DNA of 64,000 bases from Zygnema circumcarinatum SAG 698-1b (taxonomy: Eukaryota; Plantae; Zygnematophyceae), in contig CM074814.1 of NCBI GenBank assembly GCA_037447605.1, positions 1,054,001 through 1,118,000 on the forward strand. The letters run 5' to 3'. Within the stretch, counting starts at the first letter, position 1. Each line of letters begins with the position of its first letter. The notes under the pieces were generated by a model that was not told the DNA's origin, did not search any database, and was given only the letters and a program-made list of their open reading frames with translations. Position numbers and translations under genes: made by a program. Of this stretch, positions 44,848 through 57,333 are shown piece by piece.

Positions 44848-44909
44848 GCTCGTGGTTTCGTTTTCTCCTGGAGCTCGTGGTTTCGTTTTCTCCAGGAGCT
44901 CGTGGTTTC
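44848..44909. repeat. 25-bp tandem repeat, 2.5 copies
   Basis: gctcgtggtttcgttttctcc(t/a)gga occurs at 44848 and 44873, with a partial copy at 44898. Confidence 0.9.
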
Positions 44910-45125
44910 CTTGGCGGTGATTTCATGAGTCATGACCGCCCTCCAGCCTGCCTGCAACCCATAATTCAGGGCTGGATGCTGTAAACGCACAGCGCATATA
45001 GTAATCTGGAGTGATTTTTTTTGAGTGAATAGCATATACAGTGCAGTGAACATATCCGACTGCAGGACTCTTGATTGCGCGCACCTGCGCTGAGCTCTGC
45101 CTCTCAATGTCCTACTGCACAAAGC

Positions 45126-45133
45126 TAGGGTTT
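45126..45133 (-). promoter_or_regulatory. Telo-box (TAGGGTTT) upstream of the ApaG-domain gene
   Basis: Exact reverse telo-box about 160 bp before the ATG at 45290. Confidence 0.4.
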
Positions 45134-45289
45134 CATCTTGCTGTTTTTTCGCTCGGCTGCAGTGCGCGCAGAATTACACTCAGGCTCATGCACAGGGAAT
45201 TAGGGTGTCCTCATTTCCTCTGTTAAGCTTCTTAGGGTAGGCAAATACGAATCCGTGACTATCTCGAACATTTGGAGGTCGTTGGAAGG

Positions 45290-48200
45290 ATGAATGGGGA
45301 TGGCCAGAGGGCTATTGCTCGCCTGCTCTATCGGGGCTTCATGCTAGCAGCTAAGCGCCTCGGGAAGCAAGTTGCGCGGCATCGAACGTCTGACATTTTC
45401 TCGCAGGTTGCTTTCTTGTAATATTTGACAACTGTTTGACGAACTAGAGGAGGTTGTGCTGTGTGTTGCAGTGCGGCAAAGCACTTAGTATGCATAAGAC
45501 GAGCTATCTTCAGCAGTCATTGACAAATTCAGCAGAATATACGGCGTTGGCATGTTTTTCGAGTTCCTGTGAATCCTCATTTTGAAACCTTGTCATGTTT
45601 CCCTCACATTTGCCTTTCCTTGCACTAACAGACTGTTTCTCAGGTTTTGGCATTTTCTATTTTTTAAATCGCTTTCGTGTTAGCATTACCTATTGTCTAA
45701 ATGTTACAGCTCTGCTCGGAACGAAATGAATGGAAGAATAGTCTTTAGGCAGATGGAAAGTTGACAACTTGACGATATCATACAAGAACTGCAGGCTTTT
45801 TGGCTTCAGTAGCTCGCAAAAAAAAAGCGAACAAGGAGACTTGGTTTGGATGGGTTTTCAGGCGGAGTCAAAGTTGCTAAGTGAAAATTTCCCCGGTATC
45901 TTTTCTGCTATGTCCCACGGAGAGCATGCGATCAAGGCATTTGTGAAACTTGAGTTTTTTGAAACCGAGCATGATGCTGCAAGTAAACGTGCAGAACACA
46001 AGGACCCGGTGGGTCTATTGCAACATTAACTGCTGCTCACTCCTGGTCCACCCTCAGCTCGTCAGTTTTGTATAGCCAACGTTCATGTTATTATGCCACC
46101 CATTAGTTCACAGCAGCACCTCATTTTTGCAGCACCTTTGTTTTCCATTTGTTTTGTTCCGACATTTTCTAGGTTCAATTGTTGCTGTCTGTAAGGTAAC
46201 TAGGCGAACAACCAGAGAAGCGTGTTTAGCCTCAGTTTTGCGAATCGTGTTCATCTAGACATCATTATCTCTTGAAAGCTAGTCTGCCTCTAAAAGTCGT
46301 ATACTTTGAAGTATGAATATCATTTTGCCCATTTATGGCTATCTCTTGCCTTCTCATTTCTCTTTTCGTAAAAGAGTATTTCCTACTTGTAGACATGCTT
46401 CTTTTTTTTCAGTGAGAAAGAAGCAATAAAGAGAAGGAACTGAAAACTGACTCCTTTACTTGCATTGTGTTGCAGAGTCGACAAAAAATTGAGCGCACAA
46501 GCATGGGTTTTATGACACTTAGACTAATCAACGATCGGATGGCAAAGTTGGAGCAGCATGCGGTAGAGAACATCAGTGACAAAGTGACAAATGGAGTTCG
46601 AGTGGTTATAGAGGTTAATCCCTTTCACTATGGAATTGCAATGCACTCTGACTTGTTTCCCTAGTTTAGCCACAGATCTTTCTGAAGAGTCTACTTTCAA
46701 GCTAAAGAACGGTGCTGACGGCAATGAAGAAAGTGTGAAGCATATGCTCATCGGTCGTAAAACGCAGTTGATTTTACGGCGTCAGGATTCAGACAGGCAT
46801 AGAGTTGTGTCATTTTTTATGTTTCTATCTGCCAAAATGCCAGTAAGGGCCATCAAAATATATTGAGTCTGAAAAGGAGAATAGGGCGAGTGTGGATCAT
46901 GTATCAAATGTGTATCCTGCATTTTGGAAGTGGTTCTTGTACGAGAATGCCTCTGGGTTCCTCACATGCTTGGTCGTGGTTTCACTGGAGGGATGCAGAG
47001 CGGTCCCTCAAGCAGATTAGTGGGTCAATATCTGTGCGGTTACAAGGTAAGCATTGACTTCCGCAAGACCAGAATTCTGCAAAAGCAGAGGGAAACCCTG
47101 ATGGCCCCCTTGGCTAAAGAAGAGGACTGGCATACGTGTCTCTGCATGGCATACTGCAATCCGCAACAGGCACAGTCCTGCCAATGCTTTCTGGGTCCCT
47201 GAAAGCCTGTATTAAGCCTGTATTGTATGGACGTCATCTTTGAGATAACCAGAAATAATCAGCAGGAGCGACGTGCTTTCGGTGTAATCGTGTGCATGCT
47301 TCTGTGGCTTAGTCTGCAGCTCAGTAAGGAAGCACAATGAGCGAGTATTACAACAGGGCATTGATTGACCCCCGGTCGTTACCCTTGGTTCTGGAATTAG
47401 TCTGTCCTTTGTAGAACGAGCATGATATTGATGGAGTGCACCTCACTGGCGTACTGAAGAGTAGAAGAAGCTTAGGAGTCGTCTTTTGTGTTTGCAGAAG
47501 AAAGTGAACAATTAATGCACGAGAATGTCTAATAGTCGTGTCGAAAGCCCCACTTGTTCTACATGTAAATGTCAATGCTGTAGGGTGGGAGGGGAAAAGA
47601 GATGGGTGATTGGTGAGACTCTGGCGTGGGAGGTAGATGCTGAATAGGAGAAGTTGAGGAAGTCTTGAATGTAGTAGGCCTTGTTAAGGCGAAGATATTC
47701 ATATGCGTCATTGGCTGGCAACGAGGCGGGCAGGTGACGATAAAGAATGAAAGCTGTCGAGAACCAGTTCAGCTTGTGAGCCGCTCGTGGACAATTATCG
47801 ATGCCGAGGGAAATGTACAGACGGTGAGCATTGGCATCTTACTCAGTTTGTTTGGAAATCTTGGGAGTCTCATTACAAGTTTCCACACAGCCATCAAATG
47901 CTCATTGCCAGTAGTTATGTGGAAGTAGCTCGATATGATGCATGCAAGAAAAGTAGAATACTTTATGGAGGAGAACGGCACTCTAGAGAAACGGGTATTG
48001 TCTGCAGCTTCCTTTTCCTGACATCTTCTTACATTAGGGGGATGGCGAGCCAGGTCTCTGGGCCCGGAGTTCTGGGAAAGCATCCTCTCGTGGACATAGG
48101 TAGCGAGTTTGTCTATGAAAGTCTTTTGCCACTCAACTCGAAGAGGGGAACTCTGAAAGGAACGTATTACATGCTGGGAATGAGCACGGGAGAGCTCTTT

Positions 48201-48299
48201 GATGTGAATGTGGGCCCTCTGGCCTTTTATCCGCAAGGCCCGGAGCACAAAGGATATGCAGGATTGGGCGGAACGATGGCATACAAAGGGAGTAGGTGA
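45290..48299 (+). CDS. ApaG/DUF525-domain protein with a LYR-like N-terminus, multi-exon
   Basis: The C-terminal ApaG domain reads SDKVTNGVRVVIE|..YLCGYK|VTIKNE..PVQLVSRSWTIIDAEGNVQT|VSGPGVLGKHP..EFVYESLLPL..GTLKGTYYM..FDVNV. The N-terminus is MNGDGQRAIARLLYRGFMLAAKRL. The exon chain between 45407 and 45860 is unresolved. Confidence 0.8.
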
Positions 48300-48808
48300 C
48301 AGCCATCGTATGCCGTCCTGCTGGGGCTTGCCGCCCATTTCAGCTGTACATGAAGTGCCCTTGTAGCTTACAGTTGTGCGAGAGGTCACCTTTACAATAT
48401 ATAGGTTTTCTTACCTTTGGAACAAGCCTGGCATAATTTCAGTAGTGGGCTTTGAATAGTATGCATTCAGTCAGTTCCCATGCTTCAAGCTGGTGCCCCA
48501 TCATTGGGGAAAGGGACATGGCTATAGTCCTAAAGGTTAGGTTTGAAGAGCTTCAATGGTCAGTCTGAATGATTCCAATGCTTTTGTACAGCCCACCTTA
48601 TTCCTTTTTATTGTACTGCTTTCTCTTCAAATGTAAATATTCAAACCTTTTTGTGCTTCTCAAAATTAGACAGATTTTGTGGATTTTATGATGAAATTTT
48701 GTTATCCAATGCAAGCTGGCTCTTCAGGTTGAAACGAAACTGCATCGAAACTCTTCGGCCAAACAAGCCTTTCTCCTTCGTTTAAAAAAAAAAGACGCTT
48801 CTTACCCG

Positions 48809-48881
48809 CCCCACCCCCTCCCCTTCCCCCTCCCCTCCCCCTCCCCTCCCCCTCCCCTCCCCTCCCCTCCCCCTCCCCTCC
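48809..48881. repeat. (CCCCT)n tract, potential G-quadruplex on the minus strand
   Basis: More than 10 C-runs of 4-5 nt separated by single T or A. Confidence 0.8.
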
Positions 48882-49021
48882 TTCAAAGCGCTGGAAGACG
48901 CTTGCTTGTAGGACCCTCCCTCCGTCGTCCAGTCTTAGTCCCACAGACTCCACATGGAATCGCCGTTCCGTTTCACGCTGTTCCGTTACCCGGGTTCGCG
49001 GCGCAGCCTCATCTCCCTCGT

Positions 49022-49031
49022 GCCACGTGGC
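49022..49031. promoter_or_regulatory. Palindromic G-box GCCACGTGGC upstream of the DUF3411 gene
   Basis: Perfect 10-bp palindrome about 400 bp before the ATG at 49438. G-boxes are typical of light-responsive promoters. Confidence 0.45.
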
Positions 49032-49437
49032 GGGCGGCGGGCGCCTCCTTCCCGCGGCGGCCGATCGGACGGTCCGCGTGGCGACCCCATCCCCTCTATC
49101 CGCCCTTTGGACCGTCCGATCGCGGCCACCCGCCAACGTTCGGGCTCTTTCCCCGCGCGCTTTCTGGAGAGGGGTCTTTTGCGCCCTCCGAAGGAGGAAG
49201 AGGGAGAGGGAGAGCAGGCAGGTTCCGGTTAGGGTTGACTCGGGCTCAGAGAGAGAGAGGAAGAGAGAGACAGAGAGACACAGAGAGAGAGAGCGAGGGA
49301 GAGGGAGAAAGAGAGGCAGGAGAAGAGAGAGGGGACAGGAAGGAGGGAGGAGGGAGGGAGGGAGGAGGGAGGGAGGAGTAAAGAGGCGGGGAGGAGAGGA
49401 GTTTTCTTGTAGTGGGGGTGCGTAGGACTGGGGTGAG

Positions 49438-52400
49438 ATGGCTGTGGTTTCACACGTGCGTGTTCCGGTGGTTGTTGGGCAGCAGAGTTTGCTGGGAAGT
49501 CGGGGGGAGGAGGCGTGTGTGCAGGTTATGCATACAGTGCAGTTAGGGGTGTTGAAGAACAGTTTTCGGAAGCATGAAGGGTTGAGGCTGGAGCAACAGC
49601 CTCAGGCCGGAGGGCAGAAACTGCGGACAGGCTCCTCTAAGGCACAGGGAAGGAAAAGCTGCTGGCATGCCTCTCTTGGAGGAGCAGGAGTAGCAGACGA
49701 GAGGGACAGGGAGCAGAACTCCATTGATTTTCCCTCTGTTCCGGGTGGCACTATGATGGTTCCTGTCATGAAGAAAGGTTTCGGTGCATATGGTGGAGGG
49801 GCAACTTTGGAGAAGTCGAAGCTAGACTTATCGAGTTCGACAGTGAAATCTACTCCACAGGTGCCTCTCAGTTCCGTGGCTTATGTTGTTGGGGCTTTTT
49901 GTGAGATGAGGAGTCACTATGCTCCCTCAAATTGATATCAGGGAGCGCTGCAGATAAGCTCTGGTTTTATGGAATACTTGCCTTTGCATGTGTTCCATGG
50001 AGGTTATGCGAGTTGGGAGCTTTTTCAGACTTTTCAAACGGAAGGCTTTGAATGGAAACTAACGAAGTTGATGCAGATAGAATTATGTTTATGCTGTTGG
50101 CCATCCCTGACAAACTCGGTCCCTTCCGCTTCTGGTGTTGGTTTGTGATTATTCACCAGATCGAAATGGGAGGCGGTGGGAGAGGAAACGATAACAGAAT
50201 ACACCATGGGGGTGGGGACGGTGGAGATGACGGAGGTGATGATGATGACTACATGGGAGGTGATGCTGATGATGAGGGGGATGATGACAACGGCATCCTT
50301 CGGAAGGTTTCAATACTCGAGGTGAGGTTTCTTTCTGCACTGGGTCAGTCAGCGCCTTACGTAAAGCCTGTCCTGTGAATTACACCATGGGGCATTTAGT
50401 GTTCACAGGGTATGGAAGGACCCTGCTGGTAGGGTATATTTCCTATTTTGATGATGGACAAGAAAGCTATGCTAGAGATTGATTGTTATCTGAATATGCT
50501 TTTTCATCCAGGGGATCTAAATTTGAAACTGGGCGACTTATCTGCTGCTTCACTGAGTACCTGTGGTTTTGAATGCAGCTCTTCGATAAAGCGACCATGG
50601 AGGCTGTTCTACAAGAATGGTTCAAGACGCTAACTGATTTACCTTCTGGACTTCGACGGGCAATGGAACTGGTATGATTATCTTTTCCTACAGTCTGTTT
50701 GCTTTGTTTCATCGTTTTGTATTGTATAGAATCTGGGCTTCATGGTTGGAAATTTTGACTGATTCTGCAGATTGCAAGCGATGGTTTTTCTTGGGTGGAA
50801 CGAGGAGATGGAGATGGAATGTCAACCTGATTATAGATCTGTTTGGGTGTGGGGCTGTGCTGTGCATGCAGGGCTTGATCAGTTCAGCTCAGCTTGTGCG
50901 ATTTTTATCAATTGATGCAAGGCCGACTATAGCTAGGGTTGTCTCCCGCATTCTTCCTCCCGAACTTTCCAGACCGTTTATTGGACGGTATGTTCTCCTT
51001 CATGTTCCAACTAGCTGCGTTTGGTGATCACAATCCGAACAATTGTCGTAGTGAAGGAATGCTCATCCTTGTAGTGCGGTGTGCAGGATGATTGCGGACC
51101 CTGCTTTCTTATACAAGATAGCCGCTGAACAGGCGATCACTATTGGTAGCGGCATCTGGTGGGAGGTCAAAAATCGAGGAGAGAGGTACGGATTGTTCGT
51201 GGTTCGCCTCGAACGGGCCAAGTCTTTGCGTTCGCTTGTCTATTTTTTTCGCTAGACTTAAATTTGCTGCTCGGGTCCCACACGAATATGCGGTTGTAAC
51301 TTTGGACACTATTATGCCTTTCTATTCCTTTCTTGGTTGCTGGGATGTGGCCTCAAAGGAATCATTAACCAACTGTCAGTAAAGGTACTAGCGGGCAACT
51401 CACTTTAGAATCATTTGAGGCCTCAGACTTTCGACACACTTTGTTAAGGTTCATCTTGGATTCCTTCAATTGGGGAAGTCCTTAAGGCTTTTGACATCCC
51501 AAGGAGAAATGTGGTGTTTCACCCTTGAGAATTTAGTCTACACCGTTTAGGAGGCTCGATTTTGTGTTTGTGCCTAGCAGTCCTCGCCCTTAGCTTATTT
51601 TCCTGCTCTGATTGCTGATAGCCCTTAAAAGCTTATTCCTATTTGAAGACGTGATTCCAATCTGACCTGTTATCAACTCTTCAGGGACTGCAGTCTGGTT
51701 ACAGTGATAGTGAATGTTTTGCGTTCTATTCTATACTGTTCGTCACATATAGTTTTACCGAAGGTCTGGTCTTGATTATGCTAATGCAGTTGGAAAGCAT
51801 CACCCATCAGTTCAACTATGTTATTGCCTGGTTGAAGTCGACATAGCCTCCCTTTACTCTATTGTATGGGTCAGAATCCTTGGGAGGAGCTTATGTCTTT
51901 CAAGTGCCATGGTGCATGCAGGTTGAAAGACGAATGGGATCTGGCAACCGCAAATGTTCTCACATTGGCAGCCTGTAATTTAGTACTCGTTTGGTCATTA
52001 TCACCCAGTCGCTCATATGCTACAACCGGCAAATATGATTGGCAGCGAATGCTTCAAAAGCTTCCAAATCATGTGTTTGACAAGAGTTACCCCAATTTTG
52101 AATTTAAGTTAGCGCAACGTGTGAGCAGCTTCTTTTACAAGGCGGCAGAGCTCAGCCTTGTTGGAACTGTTGCTGGAGCAGCAGCAGGAGGGCTATCCAA
52201 CTCCTTGGTATCAATCAGAACGCAGCAGTGAGTCTTCTCCCTTACATGCATTTTTCTTCTTCTTATTTTGCTAAGTTTGGGCGTGCCAATCTCTGAACTT
52301 CGCATGGAGAGGAAGGTGAAGGCGCCTGTTGAGCCATCGTTCTGCCTTACGTGTAAATCTTGATTTTCGCTCTTGTAAGTTAAAATGGTATCCAGAAATC

Positions 52401-53309
52401 TGCTGTTATCATGCAACCATGCTCACTTTGTTAATTCACCTCATGACTTATCTGATCGTATCTTGCTGAATGGGATATTTTTCCAGTAATCCGGAATACT
52501 CCCCGTCCGTTCCTGTTCCTTCGACCTCTACGAGTGCCCTCGCTTTCGGTGCCTTTATGGGGCTTTCCAGCAATCTCCGCTATCAGCTTCTTTATGGCCT
52601 CGACCGGACGATGTTCCAGAACCTGAACTATCTTTCTCTTGCGATTTTTGGCACGACGGCTTTACGGTGAGTTCGAAACTCACCTCTGTATGGCTCGCAG
52701 TTAGATAAAGACTTCATTTACTGACATTGTCTTGTTGTGAATTAGGAGGATCATTAGGAGTTTTTTACTTCAAATAATCGATATCAAACGTGTGTTTCAA
52801 AGGAAGTACTTTGGATGTCGTTGTTACTTTCTATTTTACGGGAAAGCGTGTAATGATTCTGAAATCCAAAAGTGTCAAGCTTTTCTGTGTCTGAAACCCC
52901 GTAATGCTTGGACGGTACTATTCGCAGTCTCTTTATGTGATAACCATGATTACTGACAGAGAAATCCGGTGGTTGCGCGTATGACAGGGGATTGAATGTG
53001 TATTTGGGAGAGCCTTCCCGACTGGCATGGCTGGGAGTGGACAGCGAAACGCAGGGCCAATCGGACGCCCAGAAGAAGGCGTACAGGCGGCCTTCCATGG
53101 CAGAGGTCATGGGGGCGGGAGGGGGGGTGCTCGCCATGTTCAAACGCCCACCTACCTTCTCCATGCCATCCCTGAATGCTATCTTCAAAAGGAAGGGAGG
53201 TGCCAAGGTTGCTAAGGACACTCCTTCTGGAGATAGGGACACCGTCGCCAAAGCGGAATCCAAGCGGCCCAACCGAAGAGTGAAGAGGAAGGTCCGCTTG
53301 GCGGAGTGA
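49438..53309 (+). CDS. RETICULATA-related DUF3411 chloroplast envelope protein (At5g24690-like), about 8 exons
   Basis: Motifs TLEKSKLDLS, a Gly/Asp-rich linker, LFDKATMEAVLQEWFKTLTDLPSGLR, GLISSAQLVRFL, MIADPAFLYK, DEWDLA, LQKLPN.VF, FFYKAAEL and GAFMGLSSNLRYQLL. Introns are GT-AG. Confidence 0.9.
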
Positions 53310-54009
53310 TGTGGAGAACAATTTTTTGTTGAAATTGTTATTTTGGATTAATAATAAGCAAATGATTCGGTCTATTCGGCAGATAGTGATGCGGTCTGCA
53401 CGAGTTCTGTATATGTTACGTTTTGACTTTTTTAGATGGAAAAAAAGTTTCCATATAATCCAAGGGGTGCAGAAATAGCGAACTCCCTTGATTTTTAAGG
53501 GGTCTCGTCTTCATTCTGACCTAATTCTCATGGCAAATGTCTTGGTTCTGTGTCGGTCTCTTGGCAACTGTCCATTGGATAATGAGAGATAGTACGAGGC
53601 CAGTGAGAGAGGGAGTGCGTGAGTGGTGAGAGTGAGAGGTGAGAGTGTGTGGGAAGTTGTTTTCGAGTGTGAAAGAGTGATGAGAGGGAATGGTGGGAGA
53701 GTGACGAGAGAGAGAGGAGAGAGATTGTGCCTGTGATGCTGAGAGGCCCACTATGGAGTTGAAGTGGGTGGTTCCATTGCAGACTTGGGTCAAGCTGAAG
53801 CCGATTCACACATTTCCGTAGGTGGCATTGGATGGGCCCACTCTACACATGCCATTGTGCGTCTTCACTGGAATTCCCTCCCCTCCCCTTCCCTTCCCTT
53901 CCCTCCCCCAGTAGGTTACCGCCTGCGGGCATACTGTAAGATCTGTTGGATGAGCCCATTGGTGCAAGCCAGTCAATGGTACCGCTCCCTCTCGCTCCCC
54001 CTCCCCGTC

Positions 54010-54283
54010 CTCCCAGGGACTTTAGCTCGGCTTAAGGAGAACAATCGCGTTCGATGCTGTTGTACACTGAACTGAACTGGACTTCTTGACACTTTATCTT
54101 CTCTTGCGTGCAATTATTCGGCCTTGAGACTGGCGCTGTCAGAGAATGACCCCGTTGCTAGAACTTCACCTCGGAGTATCACTATGTTACAAACTTAGTC
54201 GCTAAGTCTGTCACTACTACATGTAATTGCCGAAAAACCTGAGAAAAGCACCACTGCAATTGTTCTCCCGGTGGTGGATCCAT
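54010..54283 (-). pseudogene. Possible decayed 5' fragment of a PP2A B55 regulatory-subunit gene
   Basis: ATG at 54283 gives MDPPPGEQLQWCFSQVF, compared with the B55 N-terminal W(C/R/K)FSQV(F/K)G motif. Downstream reading SEVKF*QRGH or GEVLATG resembles the next B55 block but is broken by a frameshift and a stop. Motif recall only. Confidence 0.38.
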
Positions 54284-54524
54284 CTGCGCCAAAGGACGAA
54301 CACAGGCCCAAAACCTCAATTCCTTTTGACGGCACATCTTTGACACTTTGTCATAATAGGAACTGCAGTGATGCAGGTGTGGTGAAGCTAGGGCTGATAA
54401 AAAATTCATTTGCTATCAATCTCTCAGCGTTACGAAACTTGAAAGATTGAATTCAGTAAGCATCTGCAACGGTGGCGTTGAGGGGGCATTCTCACTCACA
54501 TCTCAATTATGATGAGGCATATCC

Positions 54525-57333
54525 TTAACCACGGCCTTCCAACTCTTGAACTATACGTGATATAGCTGACCAATCAAATCCCCGCCTTTGCAACCAGCCA
54601 ACAATGCGCCGCCTGCGGCCTTCCGCAGTAGTAGGGGAGCCTCTCTGCCACTGTCGAGCAGCGGCAGTCCTCAACAATCGCCATGCAGGGTCATTCAACC
54701 CGGGGGGGGGTGGCAAACCATCCTCACCATTAGGTTCTGTAACATCACTATTCGTTGCTTCTTCGTCTACTTCTTCTTTGTCTTCAAAGACTTGAGAGAG
54801 TGCAGAGTCAATCTCGCCCGTGGAAACTCCTCGCCTCTTCAGTTCCTGTAACAAGAATGGGATTAACCGCACAATTCTCTGAGCAAACTCCGGCCAATTG
54901 GATCAGAAAGCTCAATGGGTTTGCCCTGGACTATTGCAAAGGATAACATAGTGCGAAATTAGCCTCGTCCACTCCTCCCCATCTTATGATATTTACCGAG
55001 GCATACCTATAAAGTGATGCTAAAATGATCCAGATTGCTTTGCTGTATGTTCTGGATGCTCGTACAAGATCATCTGGAAGACCGAGCAGTTTCACTCACG
55101 TGTCGAATGCGTCCAGGTCCCCAAATGGCACATTGGAAGCGACCTCGAGCGAACTCGGTAGCAAATTCCAAATCATTTAGTATTCCGCTGCATTTTCACA
55201 CGAGCGGGTGATGCCAGTAAGACATCGTTCACTCGAAGAACTACGTGAACTTCAGTCACTTTCGTCTTTCAATCATTTGGCCTGCCTAGATCATGTGGCT
55301 GCTGTTCACATAATGGGCAGACAAAGCCCTAATTTCATCCTCACTGCGAAATCTACATCGCAACGAGTCTATCATGTTGATGCGATCTCTCGTTTCCGAC
55401 AACCTAAGGAACCAAGCTTCATTTACCACTTATTCTCACCTTCTCTTAAAATCTGCAAGGGCTGCCTCCACAATGTCCTCCGCGATCATTTTATTCTCCA
55501 GTTTCTCTCTCAGCATCGCAACTGTCATAGTTCTGAAAACCACCATCCCTCGAACGATTAAGTCTGTAAGACAAGAATCCACCTTCAGCTACTCTACTTG
55601 CAACAAAAGAGTATTAATCAAACAAAGACAGAAGGAAGGAAACAAGGCTTTTTCACCTTTTTGCCAACAGCCTGACGGCTACACCCTTCGCCTCCATCAG
55701 GAGAATTTGCCGCTTCCGATCATCCTGTCTTTCCTCGTCCTCCCCATCACTTGATGCAAGCAAAAGCTTTCCTAGAGAGGAACCGGATGGCAGGGTTGTA
55801 TCGTGGTCTATCACTCTGCCATTTGCGAATGACAACATACCCAAATTCTTTGTCAAGTCCTTTTGAGGAAGGCCAGCATGACTAAAAATGTCATCATGTC
55901 CAGATGCATGCCTGTGCAGTTCCAATCCATCTGTCCCCTCTACAGTACTTGATGGCTCCCAGGCTCCTCGTAAATTCTTCTCGAATTGAGGAGCAGAAGC
56001 GGCACGCCTATCGTCTCGTCTCCTTGCAGCAATTTGAGGTGTCACGCCGCTTGTCTGAGCCCTTTGAGAAATACGTGATCTTCTGCCCGGAGTTACAGAT
56101 TCGTCCTGCTCCACCTCAAGCTCATATCGCCCTTCGGTTCTTGCATTTTCCGAGGCCATCGAGCTGACTGCATCCTTATCACGTGTATTCCCATCATCTC
56201 TCTCAGCGAAATCGACCTCTCTTCTTCCTTCATCTTCAAGTCTAGTATGGCCTCTCAGTCCCTGCAGTTGTTTCGCACCAGCAATCGGCTTCGTCTTCGA
56301 GCTGCCCCGGGACTGCCTTTGCTGTTGCAACTGTTTGCCATTTGCTTCTGGAGTATCTCGCAGTCGCTTTGGAATGTAGCGCATGGGACCACTCTCTTCC
56401 TCAGCTTTCCTTGCAGACACTGGCGTTGTTGAATGGAGTTCATGGCGATGAGATGACTGCAAGCCCATCACACCTTCACACCTTCCACTGACCATCAGAC
56501 AAGTTATTGCAGCGAATATGTTGCATGCATGAAGGTTTTACTGACGTCGTAAAGTTCTGTATGACTAGCCGTTTCATTTTAGCCAGAGCGGTAAGCGCAA
56601 TGCTTGAAATTCCATTAACTTCATAGCAGACGTTTCTTGCCATATTTCCGGAAAGACCCATATAATTTGGGATACATGCGCCCTGCAAAACGCGAGGCTG
56701 CAAAACGTGTCTAATGGAAAACCGTGGGTGCATAAATTCGCGGCGGAGTGTCAAAAATATGAACCGTGAGAGGGACCAAAAAATTAAAATGTACTCAGTT
56801 TTTCATTCACGAAATGCTTTCGATGCACGATTCTACACCATTTCGATGCAAAGTATGTATGTGAATACCAGCTTTCTTTTACTTCATTAGGGTGCAAGCA
56901 ACACTGCACCTGAGCACATGCTCCTTTAAATTCTCAGCCAGGATTCCTTTCCTTTCCTTCCCCTCGTATCCCACCCGATGGGAAAAAAAAAAAAAAAAAT
57001 TATTGAGTGACTATGAGTTTAAGTCCTGCACCATGCACCATGAGGAGGCCGCCTGACCCTTGAAGAACTGCGAACTTCTGCGACATGCCCCAAAAAATCC
57101 GCCAAAGGCTTCCAGCCGCTCCTCCAATTGGAGTGCAGTCCCAAAGTCACCTCAGAGTGCAAAAAAGAAGAGAAGGCAGCTGGAGTTAAGCGAAGAGCAG
57201 GAAACTCCGCTGCAGATGCCACGTGGCAGCAGGAATAATGCTGGGAGGAGGAGCAGTAAATCCCCCCCAGGCAGCGGGAGAGGGCATGGAAGCGCTCTCT
57301 GCCTATCCGGGAGGAAGCCGCCATGGCCGCCAT
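54525..57333 (-). CDS. RECX: Organelle-targeted RecX family regulatory protein, about 5 exons
   Basis: Motifs AKGVAVRLLAKR|TMTVAMLREKL, IVEAALADF, GILNDLEFATEFARGR, WGPGRIRH|ELKRRGV and RRRIVGWLQRRGFDW. The N-terminus is long and transit-peptide-like. The exon 1/2 junction is uncertain. Confidence 0.9.
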
